Below are positions 12,445-23,555 of a DNA stretch of 64,000 nt, one piece after another. A program made the position numbers and the translations under genes. Positions within the stretch are counted from its first letter, which is position 1. Each line of letters starts with the position of its first letter. Under the pieces are notes generated by a model that did not search any database, was not told where the DNA came from, and saw nothing but the letters and a program-made list of their open reading frames with translations. This DNA is from Nemertoderma westbladi (Eukaryota; Animalia; Xenacoelomorpha), in contig JAUCBJ010007130.1 of NCBI GenBank assembly GCA_032718475.1, forward strand, positions 35,686 through 99,685. Direction: 5' to 3'.

Positions 12445-13733
12445 TTAGTCTTTCTTGCGCGGACGGCGTTTACGCAATTTTTTAAAGCTAGCCAGAGTCC
12501 TTTTCTCTTTGGGGCGAGCCACTTTACAAGGAGGGCTATAACTCCTGGGTGAAGGGTGCAATATGATTGCATCAGAGGGTGTAGAATTATGGTCGGTGTA
12601 TCCGCCAGTCGAAGTGCCGGGTTGATTGACATCAACGTCGGGGGAGAGGGGTCTAACGGCTTTGAGAGCGCGTTTTAAGACAGCCGCTCTTACGGGTCCT
12701 TTACGAGTGGTCTGAACGAGGGCCGTGGGTGGACTATAGGCAGCTAGAAACCTCCGGGTTTTAATGGTCCTTTCCAACTCGCGTTCGCGGGCTCGGTATT
12801 CGTAAGGCCGTCGATATACTTCCTGTAACTCGATATGCGTGATTTCTGTTCGACAGAAGCGAATAGATAAGGATGGAACGCATAAACTCCTTCGTAAGCG
12901 CGTCCGGAATAATAGCGATGGCGCGAATCACAATGTAAATCAGCGTTCGCTTCCCAAGCTCTGATGTAACGTAGTGTGATCATTTCATCTACGCTTTCCA
13001 AGTCGTGATTAAAAGGGCAATCAAAACTGGCGTGTCCCTTTAGTTGACAGTGGTGACATTGAGTCATAAATTGAGGGCAAACCGCAAAAATATGCAAATT
13101 ATTAAATCTGCAATACGCGCAATAAATTTCCATCGCCGGTTGTTCGTGGAAATAGGAACAGCGGACGTTTGTGTCCATGGGCGTAACATGGTCTCTCGAT
13201 GCGCATAACCGACAACGTTGCCGAGAAACATAGTTGGCATGGCGATAATCGTACGCAGTGAGACACTGTGGACCTTGATACCATTCTAGGATGTAATCGT
13301 TGTCGCTGTTCCGGGCACGCTAGGCTGAATCTCCTCAGATTCTAGGCATATTGTTTCGTCTTCCCAGTCTGTTACGAATATAATTTTCGTGATCTATTCT
13401 CGGTTTATCGTTACGACTCCGCTGGGTATGATATTTAAATAGAACCATTTCCCTTTCGGTGTCTACATCATCCGTATCAGGTAAATCGATAGGATGGCCG
13501 GTAGTTAGGAAGTCCATATCCGTACTATTACGATGCGTATAGCGAGCGGTGAATTTTCGCTAGTCCAATTCACGCGTAAGTTGCTCTTGGGACATCGGCG
13601 GTTCGATATAACGATCATCGTCCTCCGTAATGGTTGGATCGGTTTCACCGCGTATCAAGCTATCCACAAATGCTTGTAAAGGTAGAGTATATCGCTCCCT
13701 AATACCAAGATCATCTTCTATCAACTCCGTCAT
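12445..13733 (-). pseudogene. Deleted remnant of the accessory exonuclease/zinc-knuckle ORF in B
   Basis: Homologous to 50595-54853; keeps the N-terminus, CCHC knuckles and basic C-tail but lacks about 2.8 kb (including the exonuclease) and about 160 bp; internal stop near 13560. Confidence 0.9.
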
Positions 13734-15358
13734 ATCTGCTATCTGAGTTTATTAATATCAAATAAGTTTATATTTAGGCGAGCGGGCGTCGCTGCCTACC
13801 TCTCTTCGCCCCCGGACAGTGGGATTCTCAGCGCCGATACACCGTCGTCGCGGTGTTTACGCCAACATGTAGCAACAGCAAGACAACGATAACCGGCACA
13901 AGTCACTCCACTGTCCGTCCCAAAGGCTTGAATCCACTTTAGGTTCTTTCTATAGGAGAGTTGGGCTACTTTCACAATTGCGACTAGCTACTGTAAACAC
14001 ACCTTAGCAGTAACATTCACCTACAAACACACAAATTCCACACAACTGTCACCAATTGTACACATACAGGCCATTTGTCCGTTAGTCAGTGCCTTCCAGA
14101 ATGTCACGTTATTACTGTGTATCCTTGGATACTAACAGTGTGCTATGTATTCTCTATGCTATGCAATGGGACAAGCTTTCTAATGTTCTTTTAACTTGCT
14201 TCTAATTCTAGCGTGGGTGTTGCTATGGTGACATTATGGAATGCTAGCGGTAGAATTAGGGTAATTCTCATGCATACAGATCTGGGATGCTATTTAATAA
14301 TAATTCTTTAATTGTCAATATCCTCTTTATGCATGATTTTATTAATTTTATCGGCTATTGACTATATGTTGGAGATTCTCGCACTCTAATACACTCAATA
14401 GGATGAATCTCCGCTCCCATGATCTATTAATTAATGGAATTTTGGGAATGTTATAAATTGCACAAAACGACAATTTATGAAATTCATTTAAAATATGAAT
14501 TTAAATTTATTCCCATGAATTTTATTATTTGATGTTAAAATTGACACAATTTGATTCCAGAGAAGGTCTGGGGACATAGGATCCTTAATTCTATGAGATT
14601 GTCTTTTAAGAGTATCGGTAAGTGCTACGATATCTTAATCGACTAGAATTGTTAACGGATCTGAATTTTACAGATTTTACTAAATATTAAATTAATATTT
14701 AAGATGGGCACCGATTTATTCCAGAACTTGTCTGGGGACGTTAACCACTGATTCTAGAATTTGTCTTTCAAGTATATCGGTGGGTGCCGCGATATCTTAA
14801 TCGACTAGAATTACAGATGGTCAAAAGGTTTAACAGATTTATTTGCGTTTTACGCTACTGTTAGGGACATCACGCTACTATATGTATTATTTAATATACG
14901 GTAGAAGAGCAATATCGCACGAAGCAATGTCAGTGTGAAGAGGCAAGTCGTTTCCAAGGTCTACCCAGAGCTTGGTTTAGCCGAGACACGAGGATCTGAA
15001 CTTTGCATTCCTAATACTCTGCCTACCAATAATACTTTAATATAGTAGTGGCTTTATTGTACTTTAAGAAGTATGGATATTTCATCTTACTGTAGTCACG
15101 TATTTATAATATGATACGGTCAGTAAGGAAAGAGAAAAAATAATTATTTCTCACCGTCGCACTAAATATATATTATAAGTAATTACGTACGTAATAAACA
15201 CTAATATATTGCACTAATCTACTAAATAATCACTAAAATAACATTCTACTAAATAAAATTGAATAAAAACGATTATAATAAAGTACATAATAAAGTTCGC
15301 ATATAAAAATACAATAAAATAGATAAAACAATATAGTCATACACCCACTCCAGACGTA

Positions 15359-17119
15359 TTACGTTGGGGAGTCCCTAGATGTTTGAGGTATTAGGGAGGT
15401 GGTCGTGGGAAGAGTGTCTTGCCTTCCATAGTTTTCAGAGAGTTCTCTGTCTCTTTCCAGTAAACATAAACGACCAACTGGGCGATTGAGTTGTTGCGTC
15501 TCAAAGATTATGCCGGGCTTCTTGAAGTTACGCCGCATAACGATGAGTTCTACTGAACGCACTAAACCATCCTCCGAGATATGGGTCTCGATGATACGAC
15601 CTGTCTGCCACCGTTTACGTCGGAGGTCTGGATCTACAATAAGTACCATATCTCCGGCGCTGACGTTTTCTTGCTGCGCAAACCACTTAGTTCGAAGTTG
15701 TAGCGTGGGCAGGTAATGTTTCTCGAAATGGTCAGCGAAACGACGGGATAGCAACTGCATAAGTTGCCAAGTTCGACGGCAGTATTCGTCTCCGTCGGCA
15801 ATCTCCGATCGTGGGAGCATGGCTACCGGTTTCTTCAGTAGAAAATGCGCAGGTGTTAGCGCTTCCAGGGAATCGGGACTCGATGAGACTGGCATAAGCG
15901 GTCTCTCGTTGAGATAGGCAGCTATTTCCTCCATTAACGTCCGCAAAAGTTCGTCGGTGAGATACGCACGGCATGGCACTATAAAGTGAAATGCGGTCTT
16001 AACACTTCTAATTAATCTCTCCCAACTTCCTCCCCACCAAGGGGCGTCGGCAGCGTTGAAGGTCCAGCTAGACGCTGTTATCCTTAGCTGGTCATCCACC
16101 TGTCTTTGGTTCCAGTCCTTTACGTAAGCCTGTATTTCGTTGTTGGCACCAATGAAGTTCGTTCCCTTGTCCGATCTCATGGTATTACTCGTACCGAAGC
16201 GAGCGATCTGTCGTCGTAAACTTAAGACGAAACTGTTGGTAGATAGATCGTTCACCATATCGAGATGGATGGCTCTGCAAGTCATGCACACGAAGATGAC
16301 ACACCATCTCTTGACTATAGTCCTCGCACGATATACTTCAATAGGGCCAAATAAATCTACACCAGTATTAGTAAAAGGTGGTTCATAGAAGCTTACTCGT
16401 TCCCTAGGTAATTCTGCCTCTCGCTGTGTTAAAGGCCTACTGAATGCTTTCCTACAGGGTATGCAGTTCCTAAGAACTTGGTTCAGAGCTCTACGGGGTT
16501 TATCAAAATAATAGCGAGTTCGAATTTCGCTAAGAACTCGTTCTCTTCCAGCATGATAAAGCTTACTGTGAACATCTACAATCATCTTGATTTGTACTTC
16601 AAGATTTCTAATGAGTATGGGGAATTTAGTGTCAAAGGATAAGGGTGCATTGGTGAGCCTTCCTCCAACACGTATTAACCCATCTATCATTGTGCTAGAG
16701 AATCGATCCCTTAAGCGCATCTGCGGATTTCTCAACAACAGGAAATACTTTTCGGAATCCTCATAGCATTGCAGGAGTCTCAGTATCTGTTTATTGGTCT
16801 CTTCATGCTCCTGGTGACTAATTTTCTCCTTTAGAAAACTGTCAGATACCTTATATTTAGGTAAGTTTTTAATAACATGAACTTGTGCAGATGTCAATGG
16901 AGCGTTATCACTAGTGGTCTTCGTCCTGGAGTATTGATGATGAAAGCATCTCTTTAAATATGTGACGGCTTTACAGAGCCGATTCCAGGAACTGTAGTGA
17001 TGCATCGCTCTCTGCAGCAGGGGTGAGATTCCTTGCGAGACGTCTGTTATTCCAGATTTCCAATCTCTATCTCGAATTTCCGCAACAGACTTATTTATAG
17101 CGAGGGATTGTGGATCCAA
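15359..17119 (-). CDS. pol: Element B integrase region (frameshifted from RT/RNase H)
   Basis: HHCC zinc finger, GVDLFGP, SDKGTNF, WERLIRSVK (DDE), DUF5641-like C-terminus; frameshift at a TTTTAGG expansion near 17195-17220. Confidence 0.9.
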   Translation of the reverse strand: MDPQSLAINKSVAEIRDRDWKSGITDVSQGISPLLQRAMHHYSSWNRLCKAVTYLKRCFHHQYSRTKTTSDNAPLTSAQVHVIKNLPKYKVSDSFLKEKISHQEHEETNKQILRLLQCYEDSEKYFLLLRNPQMRLRDRFSSTMIDGLIRVGGRLTNAPLSFDTKFPILIRNLEVQIKMIVDVHSKLYHAGRERVLSEIRTRYYFDKPRRALNQVLRNCIPCRKAFSRPLTQREAELPRERVSFYEPPFTNTGVDLFGPIEVYRARTIVKRWCVIFVCMTCRAIHLDMVNDLSTNSFVLSLRRQIARFGTSNTMRSDKGTNFIGANNEIQAYVKDWNQRQVDDQLRITASSWTFNAADAPWWGGSWERLIRSVKTAFHFIVPCRAYLTDELLRTLMEEIAAYLNERPLMPVSSSPDSLEALTPAHFLLKKPVAMLPRSEIADGDEYCRRTWQLMQLLSRRFADHFEKHYLPTLQLRTKWFAQQENVSAGDMVLIVDPDLRRKRWQTGRIIETHISEDGLVRSVELIVMRRNFKKPGIIFETQQLNRPVGRLCLLERDRELSENYGRQDTLPTTTSLIPQTSRDSPT

Positions 17120-17195
17120 ATCATCGTTTCCGGAAACATGTAATACAGATAGATCGATAGTCGGTTTAAATAACTTCGATTTACTCGCCCGGGTT

Positions 17196-19190
17196 TTAGG
17201 TTTTAGGTTTTAGGTTAGGTTTCTCCGCTCCCTTGGCTTGTCTAATTTCCGCCGTAGTAAGGTGAGGAGGCCATTCGTCCTCTTCCTTGCTCAGGAAGTC
17301 GGGTCCACCCAACCAATCTGGAGTATCTATCAGTTCCTGTGGAGTTGCTCCCCTGGAGGCGATATCGGCTGGATAAATCGTACCAGGGCAATGTCTCCAT
17401 TGATCTATCTTTGTGCGACTAAGAATAATAGCTACCCTGTTAGTAACAAAAACGCTGAACTGACAGACTTCATTGGTTAGATATTCCAACACGAGTAAAG
17501 CGTCGGTCCAATAAACCGTTTTCTCCAGTGGGTAATCGATTTGTTCCGTTACGTTCCGGCTGATGGCTGTAGCGTATAAAGCCGCTTTTAACTCCGCTCG
17601 AGGAACCTTTAACTTGTTGTTAATCAGTGCCTTAGAGGTAACCAAGGCGACTTTGATTCCATCTGGGGTTTCGACTCGGAGATATGCTACTATACCTATT
17701 CCCATGTCGCTGGCGTCTCCAAACACATGGAGTTGATAGGAATACGTAGGAAGAACATGGCCAAAATATGCACGGGAAATTATAAAGTTCTCGATGGCAG
17801 GTAGAGAATCTTCCCATTTCATCCATTTCTTTAACAATTCTCCCTTAAGCGGATCGTCCCATGAGTGGTTTTCAAGCCACATTTGTTGTACTAAACTCCG
17901 AGCAATCAATATAACTGGGCTAATGAATCCCAATGGGTCGAAATAAGTGCTCAGGATACTTAAACAAATCCGTTTGGTCCGAACTGGATTATCTCGCTGT
18001 TTTAACTGAAAAAACAGGATGTCTCTTTCAGTGTCCCACTTCAAGCCAAGCTTCTTGGTTTCAGGAAGATCGTCCTTTATTAAGTCTAGATCTTTCGCTC
18101 CGCGGTCTTCTACCGGTATGGCTTCCAGAAACTCAAGGGAGTTGCTAGTGAATTTCGTTAGTCGAAATCCACCTCTTTTCAAACACTCTACCGTTCCTTT
18201 CGCGACAGCTATGGCTTCTTCTACTGATGGAAGGGACCTTAAATTGTCGTCCATGTATATATTACGCTTTATATTGTCTATCACTTCCTTTGAGAAGGAG
18301 TCTCTGTTGTCATTCGCAGTGGTTCGCACTACGGAGCAGGCGTTGGAAGGGCTAGATATGATCCCAAAAGCCTGGATGGTCATCCAGTACTCTACCGGTT
18401 TCTGGTTGAGGTCTCCTTCAGGCCACCACAGAAATCTCAGGCTGTCTCTATCTCTCTCCAGCGCCTTGACTTGTAAGAACATTCCTTCGATATCGGAAGC
18501 GAATGCGATGGAATATTGTCTTAATCTCAAAAGTATTCCCAACAAAGATTGGAGTAAATTGGGTCCTGGTAACAACTCGGAATTAAGGGATTGGCCCATA
18601 TATAGAGCAGAGCCATCGAATACGACTCGTACTTCATGGGGCTTACCGGGTTTGGGAACGTAATGATGTGTTAAGTAATACGTTCTCTCAGTCACTGGTG
18701 TTCCTTCCGGTACTCGCTCCGCGTATCCCTTTGTTATAAATTTCTTCAGCTGAGTTTGGTACATTTCTTTCGCTGAAGCATTAGCTGTAAGGCGTCGATG
18801 TAATTGAGCGATTCTTTTCTCGGCCAAGGGTCTGTTATTTATAAATCTAGGTTCTCGTTTTCGAAATGGCAGGCCGATTTCATACCTACCTTGGTCTTTT
18901 AAAAAACGTGTAGTTGTTTCCTGGATTTGCTTGGCTCTTTCTTCTTCTATCGATAGAGCCTTATCATACGAATTGGGCTCTACAAGTTCCTGAGTAAAGA
19001 ATCGTACGGCTAGTTCGTCCCGAGTTCTAGCGTTGCAGCGCTCTATCTCATCGTTGAGTTCGTCATTGTAAGCGATGGGTTCCGATGGGTGAATCAGTTG
19101 ACATAGGTTCACCTGATCTTTCCAAGTTTGGTTTTCTGTAAGTAAGTCTATGGTGTTCTCCTCATCGAAGATTTGATTGATAAGTGTCAT
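17196..19190 (-). CDS. pol: Element B reverse transcriptase and RNase H fragment
   Basis: VRVVFDGS, SDIEGMFLQV, YMDD, LHVFGDAS, PRAELKAA, YWTD, PADIASRG. Confidence 0.92.
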   Translation of the reverse strand: MTLINQIFDEENTIDLLTENQTWKDQVNLCQLIHPSEPIAYNDELNDEIERCNARTRDELAVRFFTQELVEPNSYDKALSIEEERAKQIQETTTRFLKDQGRYEIGLPFRKREPRFINNRPLAEKRIAQLHRRLTANASAKEMYQTQLKKFITKGYAERVPEGTPVTERTYYLTHHYVPKPGKPHEVRVVFDGSALYMGQSLNSELLPGPNLLQSLLGILLRLRQYSIAFASDIEGMFLQVKALERDRDSLRFLWWPEGDLNQKPVEYWMTIQAFGIISSPSNACSVVRTTANDNRDSFSKEVIDNIKRNIYMDDNLRSLPSVEEAIAVAKGTVECLKRGGFRLTKFTSNSLEFLEAIPVEDRGAKDLDLIKDDLPETKKLGLKWDTERDILFFQLKQRDNPVRTKRICLSILSTYFDPLGFISPVILIARSLVQQMWLENHSWDDPLKGELLKKWMKWEDSLPAIENFIISRAYFGHVLPTYSYQLHVFGDASDMGIGIVAYLRVETPDGIKVALVTSKALINNKLKVPRAELKAALYATAISRNVTEQIDYPLEKTVYWTDALLVLEYLTNEVCQFSVFVTNRVAIILSRTKIDQWRHCPGTIYPADIASRGATPQELIDTPDWLGGPDFLSKEEDEWPPHLTTAEIRQAKGAEKPNLKPKT

Positions 19191-21090
19191 CGTTATCTGA
19201 GGAGTATGGTGTTCCCTCAGTTAGTTCGTCCACCTCACTGCTCTCCTCGCTCCAATCGCTCACATGATCTACTCGTTCTTGTGGCATTCTCTCTTCGAGA
19301 GTCCTGCGGGAAGGGCCAGTAAAGTACCAACCTACTCTAGTTCTTACCGCATAGGTTTGCAGTGGCTGCGGTTGAGCAGGCCGTTTCTCCAATGTTTCGA
19401 GCGCCTCGTGCGCGTTTTGGCCGATGAGTATTTGCACTCCAGGATAATCTGTCTGGAACCGAGGTATCTTAAGATGTTGGATGCTCTCATCCTCGTCCCA
19501 ATTATAAAGGTCTGCTTGAGTAGTAGCGAAGTTCTTTATAGCCACCATTTTTACCGACCTTATACCTTGTGTTCCTAACTTATCCTGGGGAGTGGACAAC
19601 ACACCTACGTAGTAATCTGCCGTTAGGGTAGATTTCCAAACCTGCATAATTCCTGACATATTCAATTTTGTCCGGAATTTGGGTTGTCCAGCAAAGATGT
19701 CTTCGGCTAATTCTTGATCTATGAATGTTCCTGTGCTGCCGGAATCAAGGAGTGCGTTCACTATGTAACTGTGGTGAGTACCATGAATTCTTACTTGCAC
19801 TACAGGAAATTCTCTGATTCCTACGTTGGAAGTTGGCGTTTTCCAAGATGGTTGTTTGGCAAAAGTAGTTGGGGAAAACTCATTGGTGGTGTCCTTTTCG
19901 TAAGTAAGTGCTCGATACACTGCGGTATTGATTAGATAACAGGATTCGTTAGCGTCGGAGAATTCGTCAGTATAGAATCCTTCCATCTCAGACTCCTGAT
20001 CAGTGTCGTTTACATCACTGAATTGGACATGTAGTTCGGGCTCACTTACCTGACTCTGTTTGTCTCGTTCGAACTCACTGTGTAACAAGATGTGATGTTT
20101 CGCGCCACACTTTGCACACTTTATGTCGGAGTAACAGGTTCGCCGTTGGTGTCCTGGTCTGAGGCAATTATAGCATAACCGCTTGTCCCACACAACTGTA
20201 CGTCTGTCTACAAGGGATTTCTTTAGAAATTCCGCACACGCACTCAAACGGTGGGTCCCGTCGCACAGCGCACAGTTAGGTTTTATGTTACTTACTTTAC
20301 CTTGGGTAACTTGATGCACTCTCGTTCTTTCTTCGGGTTTTCTTCGGTGCATTCTGTTAGGAGACTGAGGAGGGGTCTTAGCAACCTGTTCTCTCCTATC
20401 GTTGTTTCGAGCCTTGTATTTACTTACATCTTTTGAGGTTTTGTCAACGTAGTAAGATCGTTCGGTGTCTTTCCCGCTGTCTTCTTCTTGAGAAGCTTGG
20501 CTTTCGCCGTCGTCTGTGTAACACACCGGTGTTACTCTTCTCCTAGAAGCGGGTTTCTCACTTACCTTATTTTCCGATGTTTTCTCTCTGGACTGCTTGA
20601 TGAGTTGTAGTTTTACCTCACCATCCAAGAAGGACATGAGATCAGCCATGGTAGGACTTCGTCGTTGTTGTTCATTCATGTACAACACTTTGTTGTCCCA
20701 GCGTGTACATACTCCACCCTTTGGTAAAGTAGAGACTACGGCTCCAATAACCATGGAACTCTGATATTCATGAGACTTACCTAACCAGTCCAATTGTCTA
20801 CAGATTTCCTGAATTTCATCAGAAAACTCTATAATCCCGCTACTAAGGAAGTGTCGAGGGGCTACTAATTTTGCATACAAATACTTAGCTATGTTATCCT
20901 TGTTACCATACCTGATGTTTAATGTATCCCAAACTTGTCTTAATCCATCTGGATGTCCAATAAACTTTAACGCCATTAACTTAGGAGGTCCTTCCAAACA
21001 CTTGATGAGGAACCTAAGTTTCTCTCCGTTAGATAGCCCAGAGTTCTGTATGCTGTCTTTGTAATATTCGTTGAAAGGTAACCATTTCAT
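19162..21090 (-). CDS. gag: Element B Gag C-terminal part (zinc knuckles) and aspartic protease fragment
   Basis: CALCDGTHRLSAC, CYNCLRPGHQRRTC, CAKCGAKHHILLH, LLDSGST. Confidence 0.9.
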   Translation of the reverse strand: MKWLPFNEYYKDSIQNSGLSNGEKLRFLIKCLEGPPKLMALKFIGHPDGLRQVWDTLNIRYGNKDNIAKYLYAKLVAPRHFLSSGIIEFSDEIQEICRQLDWLGKSHEYQSSMVIGAVVSTLPKGGVCTRWDNKVLYMNEQQRRSPTMADLMSFLDGEVKLQLIKQSREKTSENKVSEKPASRRRVTPVCYTDDGESQASQEEDSGKDTERSYYVDKTSKDVSKYKARNNDRREQVAKTPPQSPNRMHRRKPEERTRVHQVTQGKVSNIKPNCALCDGTHRLSACAEFLKKSLVDRRTVVWDKRLCYNCLRPGHQRRTCYSDIKCAKCGAKHHILLHSEFERDKQSQVSEPELHVQFSDVNDTDQESEMEGFYTDEFSDANESCYLINTAVYRALTYEKDTTNEFSPTTFAKQPSWKTPTSNVGIREFPVVQVRIHGTHHSYIVNALLDSGSTGTFIDQELAEDIFAGQPKFRTKLNMSGIMQVWKSTLTADYYVGVLSTPQDKLGTQGIRSVKMVAIKNFATTQADLYNWDEDESIQHLKIPRFQTDYPGVQILIGQNAHEALETLEKRPAQPQPLQTYAVRTRVGWYFTGPSRRTLEERMPQERVDHVSDWSEESSEVDELTEGTPYSSDNDDTYQSNLR

Positions 21091-21119
21091 TTCGTCTCCA
21101 TTGAATTTGACGATCTCTC

Positions 21120-23555
21120 CTACTTTAACCGCTTGGTGGCTTCTGTTCTAGCCATCTGACGCGTAAAGCTTTCTTGGGCCATCGTGTTATTTAATATCGA
21201 ATTATCGGTATATAAATTTCTCGGATCATTATCAGGTCTATAGGGAATATCATTAACAACAGGTTTATAATCACCCTTAATAGGGTTGGCTATAGGAGTT
21301 TCTACTTCACTAGCAGTATAGATGCGTGTAGGCTCCACACCTTGCGCATGTAATACTTCAGACCTAACAGGTTGACACAATGTTACAGGGGGTATTGGTA
21401 TGCCCTTTTGTATATTGACTAATTTGTCGCGTTCCAGCGCGATACTTTGCTGCACTTCTTGCAATTCTGCCCTACCTTCCCTTACTGTTTCCTTAAGCTG
21501 GTGGACAGTCTCCTGCATCTGTCCGAGCAGGAGGTTCATCCCCCGCCGTCCCTCATCTACCCACTCAACCGCCGAAGCGGGAGTCGCCAACATTGTAGCG
21601 GGTTGACGTGGGACGACGGGAGACAAATCTTTGATTCCTCTCTCAATGCTCAGGACAGGGGTATTTGCATGGACTGTTCCACCGGGTACAGGCAGTGTAG
21701 TACTGTGTAAAGGGAATTTAGAGTTAAGCTCTGGAAGTACAGGGGTCTCTAGCACAGAAGTGACTTTGGGAACGACAGGCCTAATTATTTCAGGCTCATC
21801 AACTATTGTAGGTAGTCTTTTGACATGAATAGTTTGGTCTGTAGGTTCTATACTACTTAAGTCTGTGTTAGCTAGTTGTCTTCTAACAGCTGGAGGCAAA
21901 TCAGGCAATTTATGACGGTAAGATGTTTTTCTACGCCTGCTTAGACGAGATCTATTTCCTCCGCCTTCAGGATCGGTGGTTTCGCTTTCCTCCGATGAAG
22001 TATAGCCCTGGCGTTTGGGAGTAGATTTTCTCATCATCTGCATGTGACTAGCAGTTAACTGTTTATTTATGTTGTCTTGCGTCTCTTGCAGATTCTCCAA
22101 CTCTAGTTGGGTGGTCTCTTCAGACGCTCTCTGTTCCGCATCTGCCAATGCTATTGCTGCTGCTGCTTTGGCTGCTTCCACTGTCGCTGCAGCATTTGCT
22201 TCTGCTACTGCCTCTGCCGCTTTCGCTGCCGCTGCCGCTTTCGCTGCCGCTGCCGCTTTTGCTTCTGCCTTTTCCACTGCCGCTGCTGCTTTTGCCGCTG
22301 CTACTGCCTTTGCCGCTTCCACTGCCGCTGCCGCTTTTGCCTCTTCTACTGACGCTGCCGCTTTCGCCGCTGCCACTGCCTTTTTGTCCTCTATCCGTTT
22401 TTTCTTTACTAGTTCTTCTTGGACTCTAGTGAGGCGGAGTTTTTCATCAAATTCAGCTTGATTAGCCGCCAACATTTCAGCATCGATTGAGTCTAACACA
22501 CGCTGGGTTCCTTCACTATTGGGGGAAAGTCCAGACAGTCGTCTCCTCAACTCTTCGTCTCCTAGGAATCGCTGATAGTCGGATAGGTAAATGTCGATGG
22601 CGTCTCTCGTTCGTGGTCTCTCTGCGGTCTCTTCGCCTTCCACTCCAGAAAGGGTGGCATCGGTTGGTTCTTCATAAGTTAGTCTCTCAGACAGCTGGGA
22701 TTTCCACTGGTCCGTTTCTTGCACTTTGCGACCTACCCGCTGGAACCAAGTCTTAACAGAAACCTGCAGCGACGTGTCCTGTCTTCTTTTGGAAGTTTCC
22801 TCAAAGGCTGATAGGATTATTCTAATACGTAGGGTTCTTTCGCGTACTTGATAAAGCAGCTCTTCCTGCTCTTGAGGTCCTTGGGGTTGTCGAAACAGTT
22901 GTTCTTCTAATCGCTCTAAGGAGCCGAAGAACCCTTGCACATATCCTGCTGCCGACCTCTTCCAAACAGCTGGATCCATTGTATCTTTAGCCACTCCCAT
23001 CCTGTGTATCTCTTCCCAAGTAGCCTCAGACAGATCTAACGGGAGTCCGGGTCCGGGAAAGTTCCATTGTGACTCGACAATAGACATCAATTCTTCCCTG
23101 GCGTATCCCGCATAATTATCTTGGGTCGCTTTCTTATTCCTCGCCCAATCTGCTTGATGTTCCTCCACCGCAATCAATATAGTGGTTAGCACTGCGGCAG
23201 GAAGGGTGAGAAGAGGGTCCGAGTAGGCTGTAGCCGCCATCTGCAATCCGCGTTCGGGGGTCAGCTCGACAGTATCCGAACTACTGGAGCTATCGGATCG
23301 CTGGGAACAAGTTTCTTGACTAGGCTGTTGCTGCTGTGGGACAGCTGCTTCCTGGTTCCGTTTGACTTGGGCCCGAGTGCCGATGATAGACCTACGGTGT
23401 TGGATTAGCCTAGGGTCTGATACTACTGGAGGGATGACCTTTCTTGCAGTAGGAGGTGAACTGAACTCCTTTCTTAATCGCTCTACACTCCTATCTGTGT
23501 CACAGATGGTTGTATCGATTAGACTGTCTGACAGGTTTTGCTGAGTGTCAGACAT
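21120..23555 (-). CDS. gag: Element B Gag N-terminal part (long, coiled-coil/Ala-rich), frameshifted from the downstream part
   Basis: Colinear homolog of A 6877-9190; Ala/Lys/Glu repeat expanded relative to A. Confidence 0.85.
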   Translation of the reverse strand: MSDTQQNLSDSLIDTTICDTDRSVERLRKEFSSPPTARKVIPPVVSDPRLIQHRRSIIGTRAQVKRNQEAAVPQQQQPSQETCSQRSDSSSSSDTVELTPERGLQMAATAYSDPLLTLPAAVLTTILIAVEEHQADWARNKKATQDNYAGYAREELMSIVESQWNFPGPGLPLDLSEATWEEIHRMGVAKDTMDPAVWKRSAAGYVQGFFGSLERLEEQLFRQPQGPQEQEELLYQVRERTLRIRIILSAFEETSKRRQDTSLQVSVKTWFQRVGRKVQETDQWKSQLSERLTYEEPTDATLSGVEGEETAERPRTRDAIDIYLSDYQRFLGDEELRRRLSGLSPNSEGTQRVLDSIDAEMLAANQAEFDEKLRLTRVQEELVKKKRIEDKKAVAAAKAAASVEEAKAAAAVEAAKAVAAAKAAAAVEKAEAKAAAAAKAAAAAKAAEAVAEANAAATVEAAKAAAAIALADAEQRASEETTQLELENLQETQDNINKQLTASHMQMMRKSTPKRQGYTSSEESETTDPEGGGNRSRLSRRRKTSYRHKLPDLPPAVRRQLANTDLSSIEPTDQTIHVKRLPTIVDEPEIIRPVVPKVTSVLETPVLPELNSKFPLHSTTLPVPGGTVHANTPVLSIERGIKDLSPVVPRQPATMLATPASAVEWVDEGRRGMNLLLGQMQETVHQLKETVREGRAELQEVQQSIALERDKLVNIQKGIPIPPVTLCQPVRSEVLHAQGVEPTRIYTASEVETPIANPIKGDYKPVVNDIPYRPDNDPRNLYTDNSILNNTMAQESFTRQMARTEATKRLK

